A stretch of 64,000 nucleotides of DNA from NCBI GenBank assembly GCA_904063045.1, contig CAJFCJ010000026.1, forward strand, positions 801,717-865,716, written 5' to 3'. This stretch comes from Dimorphilus gyrociliatus. Lineage: Eukaryota; Animalia; Annelida. The notes below the pieces were generated by a model. The model ran no database searches, was not told the DNA's origin, and saw only the letters and a program-made list of their open reading frames with translations. Positions 24,446 to 36,471 of this stretch are shown here, in pieces. The first letter of the stretch is position 1. The number at the start of each line of letters is the position of its first letter. A program made the translations under genes and the position numbers.

Positions 24446-25628
24446 ACATAGTACCAATGGTACAAATTAAAAATGATATAACATTTTCATGTAGGTTTCA
24501 TGTTTTAGTGGTGGGCTCTATTTACAATGAAAATCCTTGATAGATTATTAACTTTTTGAGCTGATAATGAATAATCTAACTTTTATATTATATTGCTGCC
24601 TTAGATCTCCTTTATCAACATTATTTAACATACATGTTTTCTATAAACGTAGATTTTCATGATTTTGGAAAATTTTTCGCTGTTGGCCAATTTTGTGATT
24701 TGCAGAAACACAGTGTAGTGTTTGATCATCTTCTCAATCGCTCTTAACAATATTTCCAGTTTTTTTCTCTCTTCATTACTATATTATCCCTTTAACCTAT
24801 TCTAAAATTTGTAACTGGTTGTTTTGATGGCATCTCTAACACTATAACATAGCAATCTCAATAACACATATTATACCGAAGTTGCAAGAAGCTTTCATCA
24901 TCAAATTATCTATTTTATAGAATGGGCAAGGGTATCTTTCATTCCTTGTGAAATTACGAATGTTTTGCAGTTTAAGAAATATCAAGGAATATGTTGCTTG
25001 ACCTTTCGTATCTTAAAACTAAGTGATAAGCATGTTATCTTGGACAAGCAAAACCGCTTTGCCTGGATAGAATTGGATGCAAAACACGTATGCTATATGA
25101 AAAAAGACATGTTAAAAGCACAACACTGACATTAATATATAAAATAGGTTTTAATAAGCTGCGTTAACTTACCAGTCCTTTTATTAAAGGAACATTCCTT
25201 TATATATATTAGTCATATCAAAAGTCATTTCATCTCCTCTCTCTTCTTTAATTCCTATAAAAAGATTCGTCAACAATTTCATTATCTTTCCACTTCTCAA
25301 AACAATCGATTGACCTTTTCGAAACTCTTTTCACTTCCTTAACATGCTCTATTTATAACGTCAAGTGCTACAATAGTTGAACAATCATGTATATCATATG
25401 TTAATAGGCTAAATAACATTGTTATTTATACATCATCAATTGCAAATCTTTTTAATACTTCAAACTAATACTATATATAAACATTTTCCTAAATCGTAAT
25501 AAAAGAATACATCAAAATAATTAACCAATTTTATATCGAAATTTTACTCAATTTCCATTAAAATTCGTTTATGATTTTTCTTTAGATACTCTATAATTTT
25601 TTTCAATATCAATATATATACAAGTATC

Positions 25629-27286
25629 AACATTTGAGACGCTATTTCATTCATTTTAACACATCATCACCCTGCAATATTTAAAAATGTATTTATTTTA
25701 CAAGTTTCATATTTTTAAGTCTCAGTTCTCATGTCTTATGGTTCCTTGTTAGTTCACACAACCTTATTACACTTTCCACACAATCTATTCTCAATTTGTT
25801 TCGAAATTCGTCAATTTTTCTTCGGCAGACGCCATTTTGACCACGTGTTTCTTAAAAAAATTAATTATGACTAAAATGACGTTTTTCAACAAAATTTCCT
25901 CATATTTATATTCAGTAGATAGAATTCTGGTAAAATATGAATTTCAGCATCAAAGAGACAATTTTTTATTGAATTTGATAAATCAGTTAAATAATCACTT
26001 CTTTCGATCTAATAAAGCGTCAAAATGACATTCTTTTTGACATAGAATATATTTTGAAGTACATAGATACAAAATGTTGATGAAAAGCAACATGACAATG
26101 ATTTAAAAAGCGTTAATCGATCATTATTTCCATCAGTAATATTTCATACAAATATTCATTTAAAAGAAGTTGCCATTTTGTTTCCAATTCAGAATATCAA
26201 AATGTCAGCTATTAACTTTTATTTGTCAGAATAATTGTGAAAAAGTTCAAAGTATTTAAAACGCAATTGATAGAAATGAAAAAAACCAAAATATAAATGT
26301 TTAAATATCTGTCATGTGACATTTAAAGTTTTCAACATTTTTGCAATATGGCACCACTGTTATTGAATTGTATCGGTTGGATATTTTGATTTATCAGATT
26401 TGTGTGTAGATTATGAGAAATTTGATCATGTTTTTATTTGCACTTTCGATGGAAACCTTTAAGAATATAAGCCTAGAAAAACATGGCGTCAGTTGTTTTT
26501 CTCAACAATTTCAACACGAAATTCAATTTGTTATTTACGCTAATCGGAAGAGCTTTTTATTGAAATGAGATGCACAACTCACAGTAAATACGATTAGAAT
26601 GTTTAGAAGTAGAAGCTTGCGTTATATCTAGAATAAATGCAATCTAACTGTACGATAAAGGGTGAAGCAACCGCAAACACACGTCGCACTCTCAACTTTC
26701 TTCGCATTAATTGCTTTTAAATCCTGAAAAATGTGTAAAATAAATGAAAAGTTTGCATGCAGTTTGATGAAAAGTTTCGAGAGAATTTTACGAAACCTTC
26801 CAAGTTGAAAAGTGTATAAATAGGCGAAAGCTGCGAGGTACAAATCAGTGTAAATCGGGTTAAGTATTGTGGTATTACAAGATCAGACACTACTCCTAAG
26901 ATTGACGATTTTTTTTGAACGTAAGTATAACGTTAAAATTTTGCATTGCTGTAGAATTGTAATGGTTTGGTTCTTTTCAGGAGAAACGCCTTGACTTTAC
27001 ACTCCAATCGGAAAAGAAGCTGAATTTGGTCACAGTAGGGTAAAATTCCTTCTTGAAGATTGTCGTTCATTTCTTATGGACAACTCTGCGTGTGACAAGT
27101 GTTCTGGAAAAACGAAATGGAAGAGAAGCATCTCGACTGAACACGAAATTCTCTCTGAACGAAACAGCACAACCGAAATCGAATAGAAAATGCTGAAAGA
27201 AACTGTATATATTATGTTGAAATTTGTCTTTAACTGATCTCAATAAACATTACTTTGAACAAATCATTTTAAGACTTGCGCATTTT
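25629..27286. repeat. Segmental duplication block 1, copy b
   Basis: Colinear with 5557-7223. Confidence 0.95.
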
Positions 27287-27662
27287 TTTCCTCAACTTCG
27301 CTTTTTTCATTAAACAAGTTGTTTTTTTTTTCGATGTTCTAACTTTATAAGATTTTGGTTATTTTTATCTAAAGTTGCGTTTGATAGACAGAAAGCACTC
27401 GTAGTATCTTGGAGGATGTATCAAATTGAACGGTTGGGTGCTATTAATGTTGATATTGGAAAACGCTGATACAGCATTAGTTAAAAAATAAGTATCGATT
27501 GATTCAAAAAAAAAAGATTTACCTTAAAAAAGAGCATAGATATATAGTATTTGATTCTTCCCTTAACATTCATGTATCTGAAATCATAGATTGTTTAATA
27601 AGAATCGACAAAAAGCATCAATATTATATTGCAAAATTGATGCTTCTCGGTTAGTTAGTAAC

Positions 27663-29036
27663 GATATTTACCTTCTTATAGATATCGCAAAATCACACAA
27701 TCCCACACGTTACCACTTTCTTCGAAAATCAGGTCGAGGTATCTGTAATTATTCCATACATTAGATTATAGTTTGTAAAAGAGTTAACACAAAATCCACT
27801 ACTGTATTACTTAGTTAACCGATTCTTGCAAGTGCTTTGAGCATCGTTTTTTTACTTATTAGATTGATATCACAAAGCAAACAATTTATTATAAATCTTA
27901 TTATTATTCAAATATTCCAAATTATATTAATCAATAATCTACAATGTTGCACTTTCTGTCAATTCAAAGCCAATTGTACAATGTCGATATACCGTGTAAT
28001 CAATGTAACGGTCATTGCAAAAACGATCATGTATGAAAAATAAGTAACAGAAATCAATATTTGAAGAAATGTGTACTTACTAAAAATTATAATCTTTGTA
28101 AATTGACGAAAATGATCAATTTTAGTCAAATTATTAATAACCAAAAACCACTTATTATATTTCTCAAAATTCAAAATAACGCAATTTCTTAATAATTAAT
28201 ATTTCGCAACAAAAATTATAAACTGGTATAAAGTGTATTACTGAAAATAGTTCCACCTCTTTTCCGAAATGCGGTGTCTCGAAACTTCTATTTTCTTTTT
28301 TCGACTTTTCCTTTTTAAATGATGACTTATGTTCAATCTTTGATAATCGTTAGGAAACAATTGTAACTTTATCGTGAAGTAATACATAAACAATATTTGA
28401 TTTATAAAAAAAGAATCGGAATTTCAATAGTCAATTTAGTCTATATAAATAAATTGATTGAATAATTCTAAATAACAAACTATTGAATATTAACAACAAG
28501 ACTTGTCATTTATTAAAATGTCAATATTTATTTTTACATTTGAAATAAACCGCTAATAATACTATGAATATTTCGTGATATGAAATTAAAACCCGGTAGA
28601 ATATTAAAATCGAAAGTAATCCTACCTCTTATCAAAAATATGGTGTCTTAAAAGTTCAACGTTCGGCGTGCTTTCTTCAACAAAAAGTTTAAAGTAATAC
28701 GTAACGAAGTCTTCGGTAAATAATTTTCATTAAAACAAAAATTCATATTCTTTAAAGACATCATTCTAGGAGGAACGGAATTCTATGAATAATTAAAGTT
28801 TTTGCAAGTTGACCCGAAACTAACTGGAGAGCGATATTAAGCGAGAGATATAATAACATATGTTGCAGTTGCAAAGAATTACAATGAAATTTAATGTAAG
28901 TTTCAATAAAAGAGGACTGATATACTGTACATATTAGTATCTTATGATAAAAGTCTTTTATATTGTATATATACAGTTAGAAACAATTGTTTCGATATCT
29001 GGCTTTAGCGTTTTCAACTAACTTTTTCCCTCTTAG
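27663..29036. repeat. Segmental duplication block 2, copy b
   Basis: Colinear with 8373-9753. Confidence 0.95.
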
Positions 29037-29319
29037 AACAATGTGCAATTTTAATATTAATTATCAAATTGAAAGTCCTAGAAAAGGATGTAATTTTGGG
29101 ACAATTGTGAATACAACGATACGCAATTGACTCGTATCATGCCTAATGGTTCAATAGAATTAATAGTGTCTTTTATCTTTTTTTAGTTCTGTGGACGAGC
29201 GCTAATACGTAATTTCATTAATTCACCTTCAGTCGGAAATAGTCTACTATGATGGTATTAAGACTATTGAGTTGACATGTTTTATCCGAAATGTGTTAGA
29301 GGAAATAATACTGTTTCTG

Positions 29320-31480
29320 TTATCTCTTGATAATTAAAAAGAGGAACAATAATATGTAAATTATCTTCATTGAGAATATTGGGAAACCTATAGAAATATT
29401 TTTCTCGTAAATAATTGCATGTTCTATTCGGAAAAAGAGTGTCCCGAAATGCTTCCTGCTTTTTTACAATAGTGACGGAAAAAAATTATAGAATTATATC
29501 TAAAATGTATCAATAAAATCAATACTCTATCTGACATTCTTTGATCGTTAAAAAGCGAAGGATAATACGCAAATTAAATTAATTCAACAGGACGATATTA
29601 GGAATAGGAAATCACGAGGTATTATACAATTACAAACAAATGTATTTCACTTCCTAAAATTAATTTAACCAACAGAGAATGAAAGAAAATACGAGACAGC
29701 TGAATATATGTTTTTTAAACAATTAAATCAATACGATAACATGAGGAAATATATAATTGCGCTAATACTGTCCCATAACAGTATTTTGTTTTTGGGAAAT
29801 TTTTCCATAGATGAGAATGAAATGGAGCATTTTCTTCAAAAGAACAAAAGCATTACAGTTGGAAGAATGTGGATTTTAAAAATTGTATTTATGTGAAAAC
29901 TCCAAAAAGAAACTATGTAGTAGAATCATGATAGAGAAGTGTGTGATCTTGTGATATCATAAAACTTAACTGATTTACATTGATAACACCAAATATGTCA
30001 ATTGAATTAAACCTACTTCTGTCGTTCATCGATAATTTTAAAGTCAAATGATGGTACGTATAAAAATTAATAAACTTTCACTCGAAAGTGACCTATTTTG
30101 TTGATATTAGGAATAGGAATCACACCGAAAAGTACAATTGCTGTAGTGCTGCCTCCTCAGATTACTGTGACTTTTGAAAGTTTTCCGATTGATGAGGATC
30201 CTGTAAACCGAATTACCGCGATGAATGCACGTTAATCACGATTTCCAAGCCATTTTAACCGAGAGCGTAAAGGTTATATTTAAGAAATGTTTTACTTGGC
30301 AGTATTTAACAACAATTGAATGGACCATATTTTGCTGATATGCTTCTCCATTGATTATTATCTATTAGGAAACTCGAAAGATTTTCTTTGTTAATTAATG
30401 GCAAGAAAATTACAATAATAAGGATGAATTGAACGAAGACGTAAAAACTTTTTCTGTTTTATGAAAGAGAATAAGGAGCGCTTTACTGGACTGAAGGTTG
30501 TGTTTTTCTCCACAGAATTGTAATAACAAAACTTGGATCTTTTATTCTGATCATGAGCGTGGAATAAATTTGCTGGAATGCCATCACAATGATTCCCCTC
30601 CACATACAAACATTTTGTGACAAAGTTCAACTTGTTTACCGATTGATGATAATTAAATTGGCGGCCATTTCAGAAATGAACCAAAGCACTACAATTGCGA
30701 CAATATGTACTTTCAATATTATATTTATGTGAAACCCGAATCAATATAAAAGTGTGTTATGTTATGATGGTTTTGAAGCACAACTAAATCCAGTTGAGAT
30801 ATTATTATTCCAAATATGTCAATGGAATAAAAATTGTATGTCTTCCCTTGATGGTTAAGAAGATCATACATAAGTTATATCAATTCAACAGGACGATATT
30901 AGGAATGGGAAACCACGAGGTAATATACAATTGCAAACAGCTAATGCTGTGAAACAAGAATATCACATTTTTTTTGAAATTTTTCCATAGATGATAATGA
31001 AGTAGATGAGTTTTCTTGAAATGAACAAAAGCATTACAATTGGAAAAATATGGATTTTAAATATTGTATTTATGTGAAAATTGCAAAAAGAAACTATGTA
31101 GTAGAATCATCATAGAGAAGTGTGTGATCTTGTGATATCACAAAACTTAACTGATTTACATTAATAACACCAAATATGTCAATCGAATTAAACCTATTGC
31201 TGTAATTCATTGATAGTTATAAAGTCGAATGATGGTACGCATAAAAATTAATAAACCTTCCCTCGAAAATGACCTATTTTATTGATATTAGGAATAGGAA
31301 TCACACCGAAAGGTACAATTACTGTAATTCTGCCACTTCAGATTACTGTCGGCTTTGGAAAGTTTTCGGATTGATGAGGATGAATTTGAGCAATTTTCTT
31401 TAAATGAACAAAGCCATTAAAACTGGAAGAATACACGAATTAACAAGTAAATTGTGCGTGATGTTATGATGACAGATACA
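29320..31480 (+). pseudogene. Tandem array of decayed copies of an unidentified coding module
   Basis: Recurrent GATATTAGGAATAGGAA..., TTTCCGATTGATGAGGAT and AAATGAACAAA..CATTACAATTGGAA motifs. Pieces translate as TILGIGITPKxTIxxILP, LGxFPIDEDE and MNKSITIGKIW. Confidence 0.6.
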
Positions 31481-33769
31481 AAAGAATTAATGCTGTATCT
31501 GTGATCTAACATGACGAAATCCACTGATGATACAACAAACGAAGATATGATTTGACGCAAACCTGTTGCACTTGAACAGTATCTTCCCTTAAATAAGAGT
31601 AGCAGACCTAAAAATACGATCTTTCCGAATACCAAAAAGGAAAGGATACCTATCTACGCTAGTTTAAGCCTCTGGTAATTTTGCTAATCACAGAATGTTA
31701 GCCCTTGTTGACACTGGTGTTACTCCCTAATAAGTCGTCGATTTTTCCTGCAAACCGAATCAATGTACAGCGATGAATGCACGTTAACAACGATTTCCAA
31801 GCCATCTTAACCGAGAACGTAAAGTTTATCTTTTTTGTATTGTGTAGAAACTGCGATGTTTACCAATATGGTCGACTTAGCAACACTCGATGAGAAACTG
31901 GAGGAACAGAAAAGAATAATGGAAGAATCGAACATACAGAATAGGGTTGCGATGGAAGCAATGAACATGCAGAATAGAGCTGCGATGGAAGCAAGAATGG
32001 ACCAACTCGTCCAACTAGTCAACTCTATCAAGTCTAATTCACCTAATTTTCCGTCGAATTCTGGAGATGCCCCAGAAATGGAACCTTTTCCAACGGCCGA
32101 AGAACAAAATGGCGGAAGTTCGCAGGTTCGAAATATTTTGAATCTAATTCAGGAAACCGAAAGTTCGAAACGATACGACCCTAGGATTGAAAGCTTAAAG
32201 CATAAAAAGGTTACGACAATTTGCTAAGAGATTACCTCAGGAAACGCAATTTCTAGTCACCCAATGTATAAATAAACATTGCTTCAATCGTGGTCAAGTT
32301 GGGACAATATATCAAAAAGGTCTCCAATGGAATCGATGATGGGATATACATTCCCGAGAATACAAAGTCAAGAATTGTAGCGTCGAACATGACGAAGGAT
32401 GACGATACATCTATGAGGCGGACTTCCCTTTCTTTTTCTCCTAACCTTAAGCCCTTGAAAAACAAAGATAGGACCACACCTCCCAAAGATGATGGTAGAT
32501 GCATGTGTCCTGAAAATCATATATGCTTGGCTTATTGCCCAATCTACATTAATTTGGACATTAAAGGTAGACAACGTATGGTCCAACTGCTCCATCGATG
32601 TCAAAACTGCTTACGAAGTGGACATATAAGCGAAAATTGTTCATCTAGATTTAGCTGCAAAAAATGCAACCAAATTCATCATACGACTTTATACCACAAA
32701 GAAGCTACGATCCCAAAAACGACGTCTACCATCAACTATAATCAATTAAAAGAAGAACAAGAAAGAATGACCGTATACGAAACAACAGTTCAAATTCCAG
32801 CTTCTGGTAAATCAACCAACCACAAAATTACCGCGCTCCTTGACACAGGAGCAGCAGTTTCTCTGATCAGCAGACAATACTTAGAAAGCATCTCCTACAT
32901 ACCTATAGCTGAAAATTACTGCCGAATTGATATATCTTATGTCAACAATGATTTCCAGACAATAACGTCAGAAAAGGTCAAGGTCATATTCCCTAAATTG
33001 GGGAGCAAATACGATGTTGATGCCTACGTAGTAGATACACTGTCCACCATACCTGAACAACCAGCAATAAGGATCAATTCGACATACACAGAACGATCAC
33101 TTCCAAGTGGCCGAATCGATTTGTTAATAGGCCACAATTCAAAGTGAGATAGACCTCATGCACATCTCGGTCCTATAAGCCTATATAAAACCAAAAACTT
33201 TACATTTGTGCAATATGCACTAGGATGGTTTAGAACAACTTCCCCCTATGTAGAGACTTCCTATTCAGGATACAGTGTGAACATGGTCCAGACTAAGACT
33301 CAACCAAACATCCATTATATTGATCCCATAATCGAGTTACCTGATGTGGACGATTTGGACGCAGACCCACCATGTTCTATTAACGATACCCGAGCAAGTG
33401 ATATAATGGCAAATTACCATCAACCATCAAAAAACTACTGGACTTTCCCTCTTCCTTTTAAATACGATTCGGACGTACTATCTGATAATTACTTCGACGC
33501 TAGAAAATAGATTTAACGCTATTCGCCGGAAACCTATCTACAACGATGAGTACAAGAAAGGAATTCAATCCCTATTCAACAATGATTACGCCCGACGGGT
33601 ATCACATAAGGAAGTTAAATTTTATCTTCCCCATCACGGCGTATCAAATCCAAAAAAGGAAACTATACGAATTGTCTTTGATGGCGCAGCGAAACACAAA
33701 GGTTATTCCCTGAATGATGCTCTCCTTACAGGACCTTCATTACTGGCAAATCAAGCGCATATTCTAACT

Positions 33770-36268
33770 TTGTGGCGGACACAACCCTATTTTATACTCG
33801 CGGACATAAAACAAATGTTCATGAATATAAGAGTGGACGCGAAACATCAACCATATTTCGGTTTCCTTTATGAAGATCCAGAAAACGAGGACAAAATATT
33901 AGCTGCCGTAATGACTCGTCACATATTCGGTGCGGCTAGTTCTCCATTTGCTGCGTGTACGGCACTAAATGCTACTATACGACAAGCGACTTCTCTCAAT
34001 GATAAAGAAAAGGGAGTTATCTTGAAATCCTTCTATATGGATGATTTGATCCTAGTGGGCGATGACGAGAAGACACTGGAGAATTTAGCATTTCGCCTGC
34101 ACAAAGAATTGGCAGCTAAAGGTCTACCCCTAACGAAATATAACACAAACAATGAATGGATCAGCATTCATTCAACCTTGAACATTAAACTAATTCAAGA
34201 GCCTATCAAAGTCTTAGGGTTGACATATATTCCATCTCGAGACGAGATCGAAGTTGTTATACCAAATAGAGATTCTGAACAACCCATAACTAAACGAGCC
34301 TTTTACTCTTTCATCGCGAAGATCTACGACATCATGGGTTTCATCGAACCAATGAAACTTCAGGCCAAAATCCTGATTTCACATTTTCACGGCCTTAACT
34401 GGGACGATACATGCAAAGAACAAGATATTATCGCTAAGGTCCTCCAGAACATATCAGGCTCATATTCAGTATCAAGATATATACCACCTCCAGAAAATAT
34501 CCACATTTATGCGGATGCCTCTGACATTGCTTATGGTGCGGCTGTATACGGAATCCATCAAGAAAAGGGCTACCTCTTAGCTTCATCCTCCCGTCTTTTT
34601 TCCTCGCCGAGATCCTCAATCCCGCGAGCAGAATTGACGGCAGCTATAAGAGCCGCCAACTTTATCAAACCATATTACACTATTTTTCCGGACATACCAA
34701 TCAACATTTTCATTGATAGTAAAGTCGTTATCAGTTACCTAGAAAACGACGATTTAAAGCTGACTAAACATATACGTCATGCTGTAAAATCCATCCTAAA
34801 CACTAAAACAATAGCAAGCTGGTTTCTAACTAGCTCCGATGACAATCCAGCAGATTTCCTAACGAAATCAAGAAAGAGGATGAAAGAAAAGTGGGTCGAT
34901 TTCAAAGAAATAAAAGTCAATTGTAATGTATCAAAGGCCTCAATCAATATGTGTGCCATGGAATCCACATTCGAAATATTGGGAGATTGGCGAAAAATGA
35001 GACAAACCTTGGCTTGGATACTAAGGTTTAAATCGAACATTCAATCCCGTCCATGCAACAGAATAAATGATCACGAGTTGAATACAAGGGAGCTCGAAAC
35101 AGCCGAATTACAATTATACAAACTCGTACAAAACACAATGCCAATTCACAAACTGATAGATTCATATTCTCTAGTGGAGGACAAAAATGGAATATACGTA
35201 ACAATGGGAAGATTGGAGGAGACAGAGGAAATAAAGAAGATCATAATCGATGCTCGTCACCCTATCATCCTCAAATTAATATATTTCATTCATCATCAAA
35301 ACAAACATGCTTCTTTAAGGGCCATTTGGGCAAACCTGGCCAAGAAATTGCACCTCCTGTATGCAACAACAGGAATCTCTAGCGTTTTAAAGAGATACAA
35401 GTTATGTGTTGCTAGAAACCACAAAAAACTAATTTTACAGATGGCAAGTCTACCAGATTCCCAAACAGGAGAGTTCATCAGTCCGTTTCAATACATTGCC
35501 ATGGATTTTACTGGACCTATATGCAAAACAACTGAAAAGAATAAAGTTTACCTACTCGTCATCTCGTGCATGAGATCCAGAGCAGTTCAAATTATGCCCA
35601 CTACTTCCCTTGCTACGGAGGTATTAATGACCGAGTTTCAAATATTTATGAACAGTTGGCTCATCCAGTGGAAATTCAATTCCCCTTATTCTTCCCATAA
35701 AATGGGAGTGGTTGAAAGAATCATAGGATTGATCAAATCCATGATCTTCACTACCAAATTAACGAAAAACAACTATCTGGACTGGAACAAGATACGTCTC
35801 ACAATTTCATCAATTGAGAACTTAGTAAATAACCGCCTTATATCATTCGGAGTCACCGAATTAGGGGAACCGATGACAGTATCGCCAGTGGACTTTTTAA
35901 AGTTAAACAAACTACCCCTCAAGAATGGAGAATACGACCCGATTATCATCACTCGTGAACGTGAACTCTTGAACAACAAATGTTGTACTGAGTTATTTAA
36001 CAGCATTCACAGAAGAACGAAATGGCACAGAGATCGATACAAACTGGAGCTTTTTCCCGGAGACTCTGTTCTATACGTGGATCAGAGATCAACATACAAA
36101 TACAAATTGGGAGAAATAATTAGAAAATCGACAGACCGTACATACGAAATCTATACAGGCCACAGTAATATAGAAAGAGACGTGAGAGATATCATTCCAT
36201 ATCTACTAAACGAACCTCTTTCCCCCGTTCTTCCCCCGGCCAGTGTAGTCGACGGGTACATCGCCTAA
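33770..36268 (+). CDS. Pao pol ORF (RT-RNase H-integrase), 832 aa; integrase lacks the second catalytic Asp
   Basis: Uninterrupted ORF with the motifs above. The frame is also open upstream to ~33520. No SDNG-type motif between MDFTGP and WKFNSP. Confidence 0.9.
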   Translation: MWRTQPYFILADIKQMFMNIRVDAKHQPYFGFLYEDPENEDKILAAVMTRHIFGAASSPFAACTALNATIRQATSLNDKEKGVILKSFYMDDLILVGDDEKTLENLAFRLHKELAAKGLPLTKYNTNNEWISIHSTLNIKLIQEPIKVLGLTYIPSRDEIEVVIPNRDSEQPITKRAFYSFIAKIYDIMGFIEPMKLQAKILISHFHGLNWDDTCKEQDIIAKVLQNISGSYSVSRYIPPPENIHIYADASDIAYGAAVYGIHQEKGYLLASSSRLFSSPRSSIPRAELTAAIRAANFIKPYYTIFPDIPINIFIDSKVVISYLENDDLKLTKHIRHAVKSILNTKTIASWFLTSSDDNPADFLTKSRKRMKEKWVDFKEIKVNCNVSKASINMCAMESTFEILGDWRKMRQTLAWILRFKSNIQSRPCNRINDHELNTRELETAELQLYKLVQNTMPIHKLIDSYSLVEDKNGIYVTMGRLEETEEIKKIIIDARHPIILKLIYFIHHQNKHASLRAIWANLAKKLHLLYATTGISSVLKRYKLCVARNHKKLILQMASLPDSQTGEFISPFQYIAMDFTGPICKTTEKNKVYLLVISCMRSRAVQIMPTTSLATEVLMTEFQIFMNSWLIQWKFNSPYSSHKMGVVERIIGLIKSMIFTTKLTKNNYLDWNKIRLTISSIENLVNNRLISFGVTELGEPMTVSPVDFLKLNKLPLKNGEYDPIIITRERELLNNKCCTELFNSIHRRTKWHRDRYKLELFPGDSVLYVDQRSTYKYKLGEIIRKSTDRTYEIYTGHSNIERDVRDIIPYLLNEPLSPVLPPASVVDGYIA

Positions 36269-36471
36269 ATTTGGCAGTCAGCCAAATTCCCTTTACGTTA
36301 CACATATTTAAAACCTAACCGTATTTTCACTACCTCTTATTATCTTGACACGTTATTACTTATTATTACTGCTATATTTACTAGTATATACCTTAAATCT
36401 TTAACGCGTATATCGAGTAAAGTTGGTGAATTTAGCCATAACCTACGCTCGCTACTCATTCATCGACTACA
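36244..36471 (+). repeat. 228-bp LTR-like terminal box
   Basis: TGTAGTCGA...TCGACTACA perfect 9-bp terminal inverted repeat. TATA-like TATATA at ~36385 and AGTAAA at ~36416. Homologous to the 13.9 kb and 11.0 kb copies. Confidence 0.8.

Larger units (their letters stand above)
31864..36471 (+). mobile_element. Near-full-length defective BEL/Pao retrotransposon, lineage B, no recognisable 5' LTR
   Basis: gag start 31868; Zn knuckles and LDTG protease in 32290-33147; FYLPHH..IVFD..SLND..GP at ~33620-33735. ORF 33770-36268 has RT (FYMDD), RNase H (YADAS, IPRAEL, DNPADFLT) and integrase (MDFTGP, VVERII). gag is frameshifted and deleted. Confidence 0.97.

Noticed and set aside
24900-25420. Minus-strand relic resembling SAMD3-like/transposon accessory C-termini (LFHIAYVFCIQFYP)
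   Set aside because: Similarity rests on a few residues amid many stops; not supportable without a search.
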